Below, piece after piece: positions 39,252 to 50,094 of a stretch of DNA of 64,000 nt. The first letter of the stretch is position 1, and each line of letters starts with the position of its first letter. Source of the DNA: Trichormus sp. ATA11-4-KO1 (GTDB lineage: Bacteria > Cyanobacteriota > Cyanobacteriia > Cyanobacteriales > Nostocaceae); assembly GCA_019358915.1 (NCBI GenBank), contig JAHHIM010000073.1, positions 1-64,000 of the forward strand, in the 5' to 3' direction. Under the pieces are notes generated by a model. The model was not told the origin of the DNA and did not search any database. It saw only the letters and a list, made by a program, of their open reading frames with translations. A program made the translations under genes and the position numbers.

Positions 39252-40259
39252 GTGAAAGCAGTCTTAATGACAGCAGCAGGTAGTCCTGAGGTTCTGCAAT
39301 TTCAGGACATCCCAAACCCGACTGTACCTTTGGGCAATATTGAACTTTTAGTCCACTTGGTGGCGGCTGGTGTGAATCCCATTGACACTAAACTGCGTCA
39401 GCGAGGCACTTTCTACCCAGATCAAATGCCAGCAATTTTAGGCTGTGATGGTGCGGGGGTGATTGAGGCTGTGGGTGCTGGTGTGGAACGGTTTCGCCCA
39501 GGAGATGAGGTATTTTTTTGCTATGGCGGTTTGGGGGCACACCAAGGTAATTATGCGGAATATACTGTGGTGGATGAGCGATTTGTGGCACGTAAACCCG
39601 CTTCGGTCTCTTTTGCAGAAGCAGCCGCCGCACCTTTGGTGTTAATCACTGCGTGGGAAGCTTTGTATGAACGAGGAAGGTTAGAACCTGGAGAACGAGT
39701 TTTAATTCATGCGGGTGCTGGTGGTGTGGGTCATGTAGCGATACAATTGGCGAAACTGAAGGGTGCTGCTGTCTGTACTACGGTGAGTTCTCAGGAAAAG
39801 GCAAATTTTGTTAAGCAACTGGGTGCTGATGAAGTTATTTTTTATCAGCAAACAGATTTTGTCGAAGCAGCTTTAGCTTGGACTGGTGGTGAAGGTGTAG
39901 ACTTAGCTTTTGATACTGTTGGTGGCGAAACCTTTGAAAAAACTTTTCCGGCTGTGCGGATATATGGTGATATTGTGACGATTTTGGAACCCAAGGCTAA
40001 TACTGTTTGGAAAACTGCTAGATTACGTAATCTCCGCATTGGTTTGGAGTTAATGCTGACACCAATGTTGCAAGGATTGGAGGAGAGTCTGAAGCATCAT
40101 GCAGAGATTCTTCAGCAGTGCGCTGTTTGGATGAATGAAGGTAAGTTAAAAATTCATGTTAGTCATAAGTTTCCTTTGAAAGAAGCGGATAAAGCGCATC
40201 AACTTCTGGAAACTGGTTCTATCACGGGTAAAGTTGTTCTGCTGATGAGGGATGAGTGA
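39252..40259 (+). CDS. MDR-family NADPH:quinone reductase / zinc-type ADH-like protein
   Basis: GVNPIDTK, LGCDGAG and HAGAGGVG motifs. Confidence 0.88.
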   Translation: MKAVLMTAAGSPEVLQFQDIPNPTVPLGNIELLVHLVAAGVNPIDTKLRQRGTFYPDQMPAILGCDGAGVIEAVGAGVERFRPGDEVFFCYGGLGAHQGNYAEYTVVDERFVARKPASVSFAEAAAAPLVLITAWEALYERGRLEPGERVLIHAGAGGVGHVAIQLAKLKGAAVCTTVSSQEKANFVKQLGADEVIFYQQTDFVEAALAWTGGEGVDLAFDTVGGETFEKTFPAVRIYGDIVTILEPKANTVWKTARLRNLRIGLELMLTPMLQGLEESLKHHAEILQQCAVWMNEGKLKIHVSHKFPLKEADKAHQLLETGSITGKVVLLMRDE

Positions 40260-42525
40260 GTTTTTTTTTCAACGCAGAGGAGCGCAAAGGGAAGCGCAGA
40301 GGGGTGCGGAGGTCAAATTCTGTTTATATCTGCGTTTGATTTGTGCGTGTCTGTGCTTTTTATTAATTCTGTTGTTTTCTGTACCTGCTAGAGCAACTCA
40401 AGCTCAAATAGAACGTACACCTTTAACTTTGGAATTGCTACAAGAACGACTGCGGACACCGATAATCCACGAGGGTAACTTGAGTGTGGATTTGCGGGAG
40501 ATGGTGATTGATTTGCGACCAGAGAATGCGGAATTTCGTGATAGTTTCTACCAATTGCTACGCAAGGAATTGCAAAAGTCGGGGACAAAACCTTTGGGTT
40601 TAGACCTGAGTTATTCTTTAATTCAAGGGGATTTTTTAGGTAGTGATTTGGGTTTAAGAACACCTCTTTATGCCTCAGCAATATCTAGTGAGCAGCCTGT
40701 AAGTGTATATGCGCCGATTTTTAGTGCCAACGAACAAGAACAACTGGAACATTTACGCTTTGTTTGTTTACAGTCTGTGGCGATCGCTTTACCTAATTCT
40801 AAAGACTGTCGGGCACTTTTGGGAAGTCAGCCGAGTGCATCTAGCGAGATCAGTGTGTTTCGTGGTTCTTTGACTTTGGTGCAAACTCGCTTTAATGGGG
40901 AGGTACAGTTTCCGAATACTTTCTTTTTTCAGCCTGTAGATGCAGAAAACGCCACTTTTCTCCAACCAGCTAACTGGACTGAAACTAGATTTAGCCGTTC
41001 TGTGCGTTTCACTGGCGCTAATTTTTGGAAATTGAGTAATTTTCAAACCAGTATTTTTTTTGACAAGGCTAATTTTAAAGAAACTCAGTTTCAAGAAAGT
41101 GCTGATTTCCAAGACAGCACGTTTCAAGATGCTGCCAAATTCAATGCAGCTAGTTTTCAGCAATCTGCTAAGTTTAATAGAACACAATGGCTAGGAAATG
41201 CTGATTTATCGAGTGTGCGTTTTGCTAATCAAGTACAATTTACTAAAGCTAATTTTAATCAGTTTTTATTCCTCACAGAAGCAATTTTTGAGCAAGCTGC
41301 GATTTTTCGAGAAGTACAGTTTAACCAACCTGTAAATTTACGTGGTGCTAGTATTTTTAACCAAGCGGATTTTAGTGATGCGAGGTTTGCTAAGAAAGCT
41401 TTTTTAAATGTACCTGGTTTAACTTTTAACTCGAACCAAGCAAAAATTTTAGGCAATCCCGGCGAGATTGGTAAAATGTTTCATGTTCCTACCTCCCAAG
41501 GTAATCAAAATATCTTGCGGAATTTGGGACAAAATTTCCGTCAGCAGCAGCAAATCGCTGACGCGAATCAACTGGAGTATACAAAACAACGACTGCGACT
41601 AATTGAATTAAGTCACCGTCTGGTAGATACAAATATTAATACTGCTTCCCTCAGCAGTTTGATTAATCTGGGTTTTAGTACAACTCAAGCAGAAGCGATC
41701 GCTCAGCGTCGTGTTGTCAAACCGTTTCGCAATAGCAGTGAACTATTAAGTTTAGCAGACATCGATTTAGAAACATACAACCAACTTAGCGATCGCCTAA
41801 TTGTGGCTGAACCTCTTTCTCCTGGCGGGTGGCTAGTACATGCTGCAAGATGGTTGGCGTTGAGTGTACTGCTGCTGTTGAGTGGTTATGGTACCAGTTT
41901 TTGGTTAGTGTTTGGCGTGGGAGGAGTAGCGATCGCTTTTTTTGGCTGGCTATTTTGGTTAGTGGATCGCTATCGTCGCTTGCATCCAGTCGCCATTATT
42001 CCCACATATTACGAAACTACATGGATATTAGCTGGTTTTAGCTGTTTAACACTCTTTAGCTTATTAGCTATCTTTCGTAATGCTGAACAGCCTTGGTTGA
42101 CACTAGGGTGTCTTTTGATAATTATTATTCCCGTACCAGTAGCTTTATTAATTCGACTTTATCAAAAAGGTCGCTATCACGATTTAATGGATGTTTCTTA
42201 TTTTACAGAAGACGGTACTTTCCGGCAGTTACGATTGCTAATTGGACGATTACCAGTGATACCAAGAAACCAAATATTCCGTGAACGATATATGCCTCTT
42301 TTGTGGAACCTTCGTTGGAATTGGCTAAATTACTACGACTTTAGTCTGAACAATTTGGTGAGGTTAGGATTTAACGATATTCGCCTGCGAGACGAACATT
42401 TGCCGGGTATCATCGCCACACTTGCTTGGTATCAGTGGAGTTTGGGTGTACTTTACATCACTCTAGTTTTGTGGACACTTTCCCGCACCATTCCGGGATT
42501 AAACTTACTGATTTATCTTAAATAA
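40252..42525 (+). CDS. Membrane protein with pentapeptide repeats and a ComEA-like helix-hairpin-helix domain
   Basis: F-x4 pentapeptide repeats (ANFKETQFQESADFQDSTF); NINTAS...AEAIAQRR...PFRNSSELL; several TM helices. Confidence 0.75.
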   Translation: MSEFFFQRRGAQREAQRGAEVKFCLYLRLICACLCFLLILLFSVPARATQAQIERTPLTLELLQERLRTPIIHEGNLSVDLREMVIDLRPENAEFRDSFYQLLRKELQKSGTKPLGLDLSYSLIQGDFLGSDLGLRTPLYASAISSEQPVSVYAPIFSANEQEQLEHLRFVCLQSVAIALPNSKDCRALLGSQPSASSEISVFRGSLTLVQTRFNGEVQFPNTFFFQPVDAENATFLQPANWTETRFSRSVRFTGANFWKLSNFQTSIFFDKANFKETQFQESADFQDSTFQDAAKFNAASFQQSAKFNRTQWLGNADLSSVRFANQVQFTKANFNQFLFLTEAIFEQAAIFREVQFNQPVNLRGASIFNQADFSDARFAKKAFLNVPGLTFNSNQAKILGNPGEIGKMFHVPTSQGNQNILRNLGQNFRQQQQIADANQLEYTKQRLRLIELSHRLVDTNINTASLSSLINLGFSTTQAEAIAQRRVVKPFRNSSELLSLADIDLETYNQLSDRLIVAEPLSPGGWLVHAARWLALSVLLLLSGYGTSFWLVFGVGGVAIAFFGWLFWLVDRYRRLHPVAIIPTYYETTWILAGFSCLTLFSLLAIFRNAEQPWLTLGCLLIIIIPVPVALLIRLYQKGRYHDLMDVSYFTEDGTFRQLRLLIGRLPVIPRNQIFRERYMPLLWNLRWNWLNYYDFSLNNLVRLGFNDIRLRDEHLPGIIATLAWYQWSLGVLYITLVLWTLSRTIPGLNLLIYLK

Positions 42526-42950
42526 TATCTGTAATATTACTTGGCATTGATACAAATGCTCCCTTCTAGTCGCCAGAACTTCTAGGCATCACTTCTTCCC
42601 TCTAACTTATAACTTCGTTCAAAATCAGGGATATTTTTGCCTCTCTCCGCCTCTACCAGATCAGGAACTTGAGACGAGAGTTTGAGGCTATGAATGATCT
42701 CTTTTAATATTTACTTACTAAATACTGATAAATCTAATGAACTGGATACGCATAAATTTTATATTTAATTTTATTTATTAACTATTGCTTGTACTAATTT
42801 TATTCAAAGCCTATCTACGGAGGCTAATTATGTACATCTTCATAAAAAATTCATAAAGTAAAACTACTTTAACTTTAGTTTAGAAACTTTTTAGCAGTTG
42901 GCCGCAAGTATTGCATGGCTAGAAAATAGATAAAGTTTTTTCATTAATCT

Positions 42951-42988
42951 AAAAATCCCACGGCTTTGTTATCAAAAATCGTGGGATT
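42951..42988 (-). terminator. Probable ilvN terminator
   Basis: AATCCCACG ... CGTGGGATT stem with a T run on the minus strand. Confidence 0.55.
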
Positions 42989-43020
42989 ATCAACAGGGCT
43001 ACCATCTCAAGCGTTTACAA

Positions 43021-43539
43021 CTAAACCTTGGCTTCCAAAGACTTGAGCAACTCAGTGTTCACACCCGACTCACGAGTCAGGGCAATTTTGCCAGTGCGGG
43101 CTATTTCCCTCAGACCAAATTTTTGTAACACCTGCACGATCGCTACCATCTTACCTGGATCTCCCACAACTTCCAAAGTTAGAGAATCTTCTGCCACATC
43201 CACCACTCGCGCCCGGAAAATCTGCGCCAGTTCGACAACTTCTGAACGGTTGCTGCTAGTAGCATTCACCTTCAGCAGCATCAATTCTCTTTCTACGCAA
43301 GGAATTTCGGTGATGTCCTGTACCTTGAGGACATTGACCAGCTTGTATAGTTGTTTGGTGAGTTGCTCAATCACGCGATCGTCTCCAGGTACAATCATCG
43401 TAATTCGGGAAACTCCTCCCTGCTCAGCTGGGCCAACAGCCAGGCTTTCGATATTAAAGCCACGACGCGCAAATAAACTAGAAATGCGGGATAGAACGCC
43501 CGCCTCGTCTTCTACCAGAACTGAAAGGGTATGTTTCAT
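43021..43539 (-). CDS. ilvN: Acetolactate synthase small subunit
   Basis: [42 protein letters not shown] and EIARTG motifs. Confidence 0.95.
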   Translation of the reverse strand: MKHTLSVLVEDEAGVLSRISSLFARRGFNIESLAVGPAEQGGVSRITMIVPGDDRVIEQLTKQLYKLVNVLKVQDITEIPCVERELMLLKVNATSSNRSEVVELAQIFRARVVDVAEDSLTLEVVGDPGKMVAIVQVLQKFGLREIARTGKIALTRESGVNTELLKSLEAKV

Positions 43540-43811
43540 CTTCGCCAACACAGGCTCAGGCAGTATTTTTCTAATGCAAACATTAGCTAACGGCTGCCTT
43601 ACACGTACTGTTCACTAAATTGTCAGTCTAATGTCCCATTTTAAACTTAATACCCGCATTCATTACACTTTCTCAAGAAAAGTTATGGACAAATCATCCT
43701 GAAAGCATAAACCTCTGTGAGTGCATATCTTTTCTTGGACAGATGTGGATTTTTTGTCAAGCTTTTATTCTGCAAATGTGAATCTCTCATAGTAATTAGG
43801 ACAAAAACTTT

Positions 43812-44180
43812 ATGAGTTGGTTAAAAAGACTGTTTGGATTAGAAAAACCACAAAATGCACAAGTAAATCCTACTCCACAGCCAGTACCGCAAGCTTCTAC
43901 CACTAGTGCAGCCCCTACCGCTACTCAATCAATTCCGCCAGAGCGGTTAGGATTGAATGGAGAATATGACCAAAGTGGTTTGGCAAAGCGAGTAGCATTG
44001 GCGTTTGATCAAGACCCGCAACTTGATGGTATTGATACCCTCTGGGTGGCTCAAACAGGTAGCACTGTAGTGTTGAAGGGTCAAGCTCCCAGTCAGGAAA
44101 TTCTGAATAAGATGATGTCTGTGGCGCGATCAGTTCATGGTACTACAGGCGTTGAAACCAACCAAGTCACTATCGGTTAG
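43812..44180 (+). CDS. BON-domain protein
   Basis: GLAKRVALAF...VAQTGSTVVLKG...VHGTTGVE. Confidence 0.8.
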   Translation: MSWLKRLFGLEKPQNAQVNPTPQPVPQASTTSAAPTATQSIPPERLGLNGEYDQSGLAKRVALAFDQDPQLDGIDTLWVAQTGSTVVLKGQAPSQEILNKMMSVARSVHGTTGVETNQVTIG

Positions 44181-44213
44181 GATGTAATTCGTAATTACCA
44201 GACCACAAGAGTT

Positions 44214-45164
44214 TTATTGATTTGGCATGAGTTGTTGATTTTCGCTGTGCTGTACTAGCTGTTGACATCTATCAATCCAATTCAAAATAGCTTGATTAAC
44301 TTGTTCTGGACATTCATCATGGGGACAATGTCCTACATCCTCTAAGTTGAGTAGTTCTAATTTCTCGTTGTACTGAGTAAATCGCTGAGCAAGTATGGGG
44401 GGAACAAATCGGTCTTTTTGTCCCCAAATTAAAAGCATGGGTACTGTTAAAGTTGGTAATAATTTTTTAACACTAGGACTAAAGTTAACAGCGATCGCAG
44501 CTTTAAACAAGGCACTAAAAGCACGAGCAGAACCCCGATCTTGAGGAGGGCCAGCTAAAATGTCTATCAGTTCGTCGGTTATTGCTTCAGGATTGGCGTA
44601 AGCTAGACTGGCCCAGCGACGCACAAAGCTGGGTCGGCGCACAAAGTGAAACACAGGCTTGAGTATCAACGGAGAAGCAACTAGCTTTTTGATACCAATA
44701 ACCAGAGGTCGCAGGAAAGGTGGGATGGCTTCTTGTTCTACAGATGGGTCCGGCAAACTCATCATAATTATGCCCTGCACCATTTCTGGATGGGCAGCCG
44801 CAGCAGCTAAACAAATCAATGAACCGTTGGAATTACCTACTAATATTACTGGTTTACGGATAAATGCTTGCCAAAATTCGTACACCTGCGCTACCCACAG
44901 TTCTATACTGTAATTTGCTGGCGCTTTTTCCGAAGCACCAAAACCCAGCATATCTAGAGCATAGACTGTGTGGTGTTCGCCCAACACTTGTAAGTTATGT
45001 CGCCAATGGCCAATAGAAGCACCAAAACCATGTAGCAAAATTAAAGGTGTTGATTCTTGCTGATTTTGGGTCGGTCGGATATAAGTGTAACGAGTTTGCC
45101 AGCCTCGCCAAACCCAATCTCGTTGATTACCAACTCGTTGTTGCCAGTGTACCGTTGTGGTCAC
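44214..45164 (-). CDS. Alpha/beta fold hydrolase
   Basis: LHGFGAS, DMLGFG, GNSNG nucleophile elbow, WGQKD and GHCPHDE motifs; probable GTG start at 45164. Confidence 0.88.
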   Translation of the reverse strand: MTTTVHWQQRVGNQRDWVWRGWQTRYTYIRPTQNQQESTPLILLHGFGASIGHWRHNLQVLGEHHTVYALDMLGFGASEKAPANYSIELWVAQVYEFWQAFIRKPVILVGNSNGSLICLAAAAAHPEMVQGIIMMSLPDPSVEQEAIPPFLRPLVIGIKKLVASPLILKPVFHFVRRPSFVRRWASLAYANPEAITDELIDILAGPPQDRGSARAFSALFKAAIAVNFSPSVKKLLPTLTVPMLLIWGQKDRFVPPILAQRFTQYNEKLELLNLEDVGHCPHDECPEQVNQAILNWIDRCQQLVQHSENQQLMPNQ

Positions 45165-45269
45165 ACTTTCCTCCGAATCTATCAATAATTTAATTAAATA
45201 CTATCTAATGTTTTGTATTTAGGACTTTAGTGCTTGAAAATTCAGGACTAAAGTCTTGACCATGCAGCA

Positions 45270-45619
45270 GTGTTAATCTTCAGCTTACCAGGTCAGCTCG
45301 TAGTTGCACAAAATCAACAGCTTTTCAGAACAACACGCCGAACGTGGGGAGACATTCAAGACGGTACAACTCGTTTGCTTACAGATGCACCTATTCGTTA
45401 CGCACTCTTCATGCAGTTAGTCGCATCAATTGCCGGAGCGCAAATCTTAGTAAATACTGTTGGCTATGTCCATTGATGGTCTTATGGTTGGTAGCAGGTG
45501 CGGGGCAAAATTTAGTCAACTTACCTACTCAGACATTAATTGCAGACCGTATCCCGACTGCTATACAAGAGCGAGTTTATGGCGCTGCTGTTGACAATAT
45601 CTACTCAAGATATTGGTAA
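45270..45619 (+). pseudogene. NrsD/NreB-like MFS nickel exporter remnant
   Basis: Two frames give QLVASIAGAQILVNTVGYV and LWLVAGAGQNLVNLPTQTLIADRIP...RVYGA; both ends and an internal segment are missing. Confidence 0.7.
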
Positions 45620-45677
45620 AAATTTATTCACAGGGTTAAGATGAAGCACTGTCATTATCCTTTAAACCGAATGCTGC

Positions 45678-47018
45678 TTACCACTTTTGGGGATGACGCG
45701 GCACTAAAATTCTGACATCGGGGTCTGGTAATCCAATATTCGCTTCTTTCAACGCAGCAACGATCGCCTGTCTGACAGCTGATGTCGTAGCTATAAAATC
45801 AGAACGCCGCGAATCTGTCCAAAAGCGCGTTTCAACTACAACGTCATCTTGTCCTAACTCCCGCATCCGCACAGAAACCCCCGGCTCATCAAGTACCTCT
45901 TGTGTTGCCTGGGCTGCATTTTTTAATACAGTAACTACTTGTTGCAGGTCGCTATCGTAACCAATGAATAGTTCGACACTGCTACGGCGGATAGGTGCAG
46001 CTGTGTTGTTAATGATCCGAGAAGTAAACACTTCAGCATTAGGAATTAGTACCACGCGACCATCGTAGGTACGAAGTTGGGTAGCACGCAATTCTATACG
46101 TTCAACGTTTCCTTCGGTTTCGCCAACAACAATTTGATCGCCCAACTCAAAAGGACGTAAGACAAGAATTAGCATACCGCTAATAAAATTAGAAATGATA
46201 TCCTTGAGGGCAAATCCCAAAGCAAGGCTAGTTAATCCTAATCCAGTCGCCACAGCCTGGGGATCAAAACCAAAAGCATCTAGGGCAACTATCAAACCGA
46301 GTGTCCAAACGGCGTAATATGCAACCTGCTTAATTAGGTTTTCAATAGTCAAATCTTCAACAATGTGGCGGAAGATAATTCGCATCAGCCAGCGTATGAA
46401 TGTGGCTATTGCCCAGAAAAGACCAATTACTAAAATAGCAGCGATCGCACGCGGAATAATTGTGATGGCAGATTCTATCAGTCGTCCGAAAGCAGTCTCT
46501 ACTGATGCTTGTACTTCTGCTACAAATCGCCCCCAAGGCGAAAGGCGGCGTTGACTTGCTCGTTTAAGAGCAGCATTAATTGCTTGTGACCATTGGATAG
46601 CTAGCGCGTCAACGGTTGTTAAATTGTCTTGAGCATCTGTTGTAGTTAGAGTAACAATTGGTACTCCCGCACTAGTAATAACGCGCTGTTGCTTATCTTG
46701 GGAAGTTTCAATCTGAGGTGGAGAAATTGCTGTTGGATTTTCTAATAACCGATTCATGCGTCGTTCGATTTGCCTTGCTCGGTCTGATGCATTGGTGTTA
46801 TCCACTGCACTTACTCGGAACAATGCACGACCATCTAGACGTACTGTTACTCTTTCATCTTGCGCTCTCACTGAATTGGGGAGAGTTATCGTTATGACAA
46901 TCAAAATAGTGAGTAATAATACCCAAATTATGCGAATCAATGCTAATTTGCTCAAACGATTTGTGGTTATTGTCCTGGTTCTTCGCCTCACGATTAAATT
47001 ACCCTCGCAAACGTCCAC
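45678..47018 (-). CDS. MscS-family mechanosensitive channel with an N-terminal periplasmic domain
   Basis: LGFALKDIISNFISG, PFELGDQI and DGRVVLIPN motifs; start uncertain. Confidence 0.88.
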   Translation of the reverse strand: MDVCEGNLIVRRRTRTITTNRLSKLALIRIIWVLLLTILIVITITLPNSVRAQDERVTVRLDGRALFRVSAVDNTNASDRARQIERRMNRLLENPTAISPPQIETSQDKQQRVITSAGVPIVTLTTTDAQDNLTTVDALAIQWSQAINAALKRASQRRLSPWGRFVAEVQASVETAFGRLIESAITIIPRAIAAILVIGLFWAIATFIRWLMRIIFRHIVEDLTIENLIKQVAYYAVWTLGLIVALDAFGFDPQAVATGLGLTSLALGFALKDIISNFISGMLILVLRPFELGDQIVVGETEGNVERIELRATQLRTYDGRVVLIPNAEVFTSRIINNTAAPIRRSSVELFIGYDSDLQQVVTVLKNAAQATQEVLDEPGVSVRMRELGQDDVVVETRFWTDSRRSDFIATTSAVRQAIVAALKEANIGLPDPDVRILVPRHPQKW

Positions 47019-47306
47019 TTAGCCACAAATCAAAATTTTTGATTTGCCTATTGATAAGGTTAATAAATTACTGTTATTGCTTAAAAATAAAGCTATGGGC
47101 GATATTTGTCTTCATGCTTGCGAAAGAAACCCTGAAGCTAAAAAGGCATAATAGTTTAACGCATTGGCATATTGTATGTTTAGCAATTTGTTAACAATGA
47201 TTCAAATAGAATTCCTGATTTTTTTGTAACCGAAATGAGAATGTGAATTCTGAATCAGTTTTACTTTAAATATAAAAAGTCAAGAACTTGGAAAGATTGA
47301 TTGAGA

Positions 47307-49961
47307 TTATAAAAAATTAGTTTTAAAAGTTTTGGTTTTAAACAGCCGCATTCCATTTGCAGTAACTAACAGAGAAGTTCCTGTATCAGCTAAGACAGCG
47401 ATCGCTAAACCAACAAACCCAAACGTTCCCAATAGTAAAAATAAAGCCTTAGTTACCAAAGAAAAAACCACATTCTGTTGAATCACTGATACAGTACGTC
47501 GGCTTAAATCTACTGCATAAGCAAGCTGTCTCAAGTCACTACCTACCAGCACCACATCTGCTGTCTCCAAAGCGATATCAATTCCACCCACAGCAAAACT
47601 AATATCTGCCGTAGCTAAAGCAGGTGCATCGTTAATGCCATCTCCAACCATACCTACTACCCCGTGACGACGCAACTGTTGAATTGTTTGCAGTTTATCT
47701 TCAGGTAACAGTTCTGCCTGATACTCTGTAATTCCCACTTGTTGGGCAATTTGCTTGGCCACAACAGTGCGATCGCCTGTCAACATCACCAACCGCTTCA
47801 ATCCAACCTGCTTCAACTGTCGCAAGGCTTCTGTCGCTTCTAAGCGGATGCCATCAGAGAGGGCGATCGCTCCTAATAACCCTCCGTTCGTCCCTACTAG
47901 CACCGGAATTTGACCGAGTTGTTCAATTTCAGTTAACAAAGATTCAGCTTGACTAGATAAGGGAATACCTTGGTCTGAAAACAACCGTCGATTACCAACC
48001 AGATATAACATCTCACCCTCTGGGTTCGCAGTCGCTACAACGGGGAGGCAGCCGTGTGGGCGGGTTTCCCGACTTGAACGGACTGCCGTGGGAACCCCCG
48101 CAACGCGCTGCTCACCAAAGTTTGCTTGAATCCCTTTACCAGGTAATGCGGTAAAATCAAGAGGCGTTGCTAACTCCAGCCCTAAATCTTGAGCCTTTGC
48201 CACAATAGCTTTTGCTAGGGGATGTTCAGACTGTTGTTCTAAGGAAGCGGCAATCTGTAATATCATGTCTGCACTCACTTTCCCCAAGTCATAAACCTGC
48301 TGCACCATAGGCATCCCTTGGGTAATTGTGCCAGTTTTATCAAAAGCAAGGGTAGTTAGATGTCCAGCCGTTTCCAGTGCATTACCCCCTTTAAATAAAA
48401 CGCCCCGCCGAGTTGCCGCACCAATAGCACTGACAATTGAAACTGGGGTAGAAATGACTAAGGCACAGGGACAAGCAATAACTAGCATGACCAGTGCGCG
48501 GTAAAGCCAGACGTTAAAAGGTTGAGCAAAAGCCAAAGGCGGAATTAAAGCAATGGCGATCGCTGCTAAAATCACTATCGGAGTGTAGACCTGTGCAAAC
48601 TTATCCACCCATTGCTGCGAGGGTGCGCGGCTTTCTTGAGCTTGTTCCACCAAATTAATAATTTTGGCAACGGTTGTATCGCTAGCAGTGTGCGTAACTT
48701 TGACTTCTAAAAAACCTGTCTGATTTAAAGTGCCTGCAAAGACAGTATCCCCAACGGCTTTATCTTCTGGAATTGACTCTCCCGTAATTGGAGATTGGTC
48801 AATAGCACTGTTACCAGAAACAACCACACCATCCAACGCCACACGCCCTCCTGGTCGAATCGTCAAAACTTCACCTAGCTGAATACTTTCGACGGGAACT
48901 GTAAATTCCTGATTCCCGCGCTTAACTGTAGCAGTAGGTGGAGTCAAATCCATCAGTGAGCAAATGGCATTGCGGGTACGACCAAAGGTGAAAACTTGCA
49001 ATGTTGTGCCTAAAGAGAACAAAAAGACAACCAGCCCCCCTTCAAACCAGTCTCCTAAAATTACTGCCCCAATCACCGAAATAGTCATCAGCAGATTCAT
49101 ATCGGCGCGACGCAAGCGCAACTCAAACAAACCAGCCCGGGCGATCGGATAGCCAGCAATTACTATACCAATGCCATAAAAAGCTCGTGCAATCCAGATG
49201 GGTAGCACTAAATACTGAGTAAGTAAACCTAAAACTAAGCCTATACCTGCAAGTATGACACTCTGTCCTCGACGATTTTCAATCCAGAATCTCCAGCTTG
49301 TTAGATTGGATTTTTGTTTTTGTTTGGACTTGTTTATTGGCTGAGAATGCTCGTGGTTATGATCATACTCGTGGTCATGACCATAAGAATTAGTGTGATG
49401 ATGAGAACTGACCTCACCAAATCGCGTTGCTCCCTCCTCAACCGTATAACCTAAATCTTTAACCCGGTCATAAATTGCTTTCTCATTCACCAATTGTGGG
49501 TCATAGGATATATGCAATCTTTCGTTAGCAAAACTGACCGATGCTTCTTGTACGCCTATTATTTTCTGCACCCCAACCTCAATGGTTTTGGCACAACTGC
49601 CACAATCCATCCCGCCAATTTGTAGCTGTAGTGTTTGCAGAGAAACTACATCTACGTTATGGTCATGATTTTGGTGGTCATAGTCGTGTTCATCACCACA
49701 GGAATGAGTACGCTGATGGGATTGAGCCTCATAACTTTGCTCTATTGTATAACCCAAACATTTAATTCGGTTATGGATACTCTTTTCACTCAATACCTCT
49801 GCGTCATAGGAAACTCTGGCTTTACCAGTTGTAAAGTTTACCGTTGCTTCTGTAACACCGTGTAACTGCTGCAAAGCGACTTCAATTGTCTTGGCGCAGC
49901 TTCCACAGTCCATACCGCCAACTTGCAAAGTTTGGGTTTTGAGCGAAGGAGTTTGAGTCAT
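47307..49961 (-). CDS. aztA: Zn/Cd/Pb-translocating P1B-type ATPase (AztA-like)
   Basis: Two GMDCGSC metal-binding domains with His-rich linkers; TGES, CPCAL, DKTGT, HP and GDGINDAP motifs; start ATG 49961; divergent ArsR gene. Confidence 0.88.
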   Translation of the reverse strand: MTQTPSLKTQTLQVGGMDCGSCAKTIEVALQQLHGVTEATVNFTTGKARVSYDAEVLSEKSIHNRIKCLGYTIEQSYEAQSHQRTHSCGDEHDYDHQNHDHNVDVVSLQTLQLQIGGMDCGSCAKTIEVGVQKIIGVQEASVSFANERLHISYDPQLVNEKAIYDRVKDLGYTVEEGATRFGEVSSHHHTNSYGHDHEYDHNHEHSQPINKSKQKQKSNLTSWRFWIENRRGQSVILAGIGLVLGLLTQYLVLPIWIARAFYGIGIVIAGYPIARAGLFELRLRRADMNLLMTISVIGAVILGDWFEGGLVVFLFSLGTTLQVFTFGRTRNAICSLMDLTPPTATVKRGNQEFTVPVESIQLGEVLTIRPGGRVALDGVVVSGNSAIDQSPITGESIPEDKAVGDTVFAGTLNQTGFLEVKVTHTASDTTVAKIINLVEQAQESRAPSQQWVDKFAQVYTPIVILAAIAIALIPPLAFAQPFNVWLYRALVMLVIACPCALVISTPVSIVSAIGAATRRGVLFKGGNALETAGHLTTLAFDKTGTITQGMPMVQQVYDLGKVSADMILQIAASLEQQSEHPLAKAIVAKAQDLGLELATPLDFTALPGKGIQANFGEQRVAGVPTAVRSSRETRPHGCLPVVATANPEGEMLYLVGNRRLFSDQGIPLSSQAESLLTEIEQLGQIPVLVGTNGGLLGAIALSDGIRLEATEALRQLKQVGLKRLVMLTGDRTVVAKQIAQQVGITEYQAELLPEDKLQTIQQLRRHGVVGMVGDGINDAPALATADISFAVGGIDIALETADVVLVGSDLRQLAYAVDLSRRTVSVIQQNVVFSLVTKALFLLLGTFGFVGLAIAVLADTGTSLLVTANGMRLFKTKTFKTNFL
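48018..48116. mobile_element. 99-nt in-frame nested small repeat insertion in the ATPase
   Basis: CTCACC direct repeat at 48012-48017 and 48111-48116; GC-rich, with nested hairpins. Confidence 0.75.
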
Positions 49962-50009
49962 AGCAGCTTTAGAATCAAGGCAAAAAGTTAACTGCCAATA
50001 TTCTAATAC

Positions 50010-50035
50010 AACAATTGAACAACTATTCAATTGTA
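50010..50035. promoter_or_regulatory. SmtB/AztR-type 12-2-12 operator
   Basis: ACAATTGAA-CAACTA-TTCAATTGT between the divergent ATPase and ArsR genes. Confidence 0.85.
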
Positions 50036-50094
50036 CAATGGTTATCATTTTAGGTATTATTGAGATTGATAACTATTGCTAAGTAAAACTTGCT

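Noticed and set aside
42565..42750. Possible remnant of a PpiC-type isomerase N-terminus on the minus strand (EIIHSLKLSSQVPDLVEA)
   Set aside because: Similarity rests on ~18 residues by memory; too weak to call without a search.
43028..43618. 196-aa ORF antisense to ilvN (and similar shadow ORFs, e.g. 27547-28128, 35776-36363, 58897-59301)
   Set aside because: Antisense overlaps of well-supported genes with no recognisable motifs.
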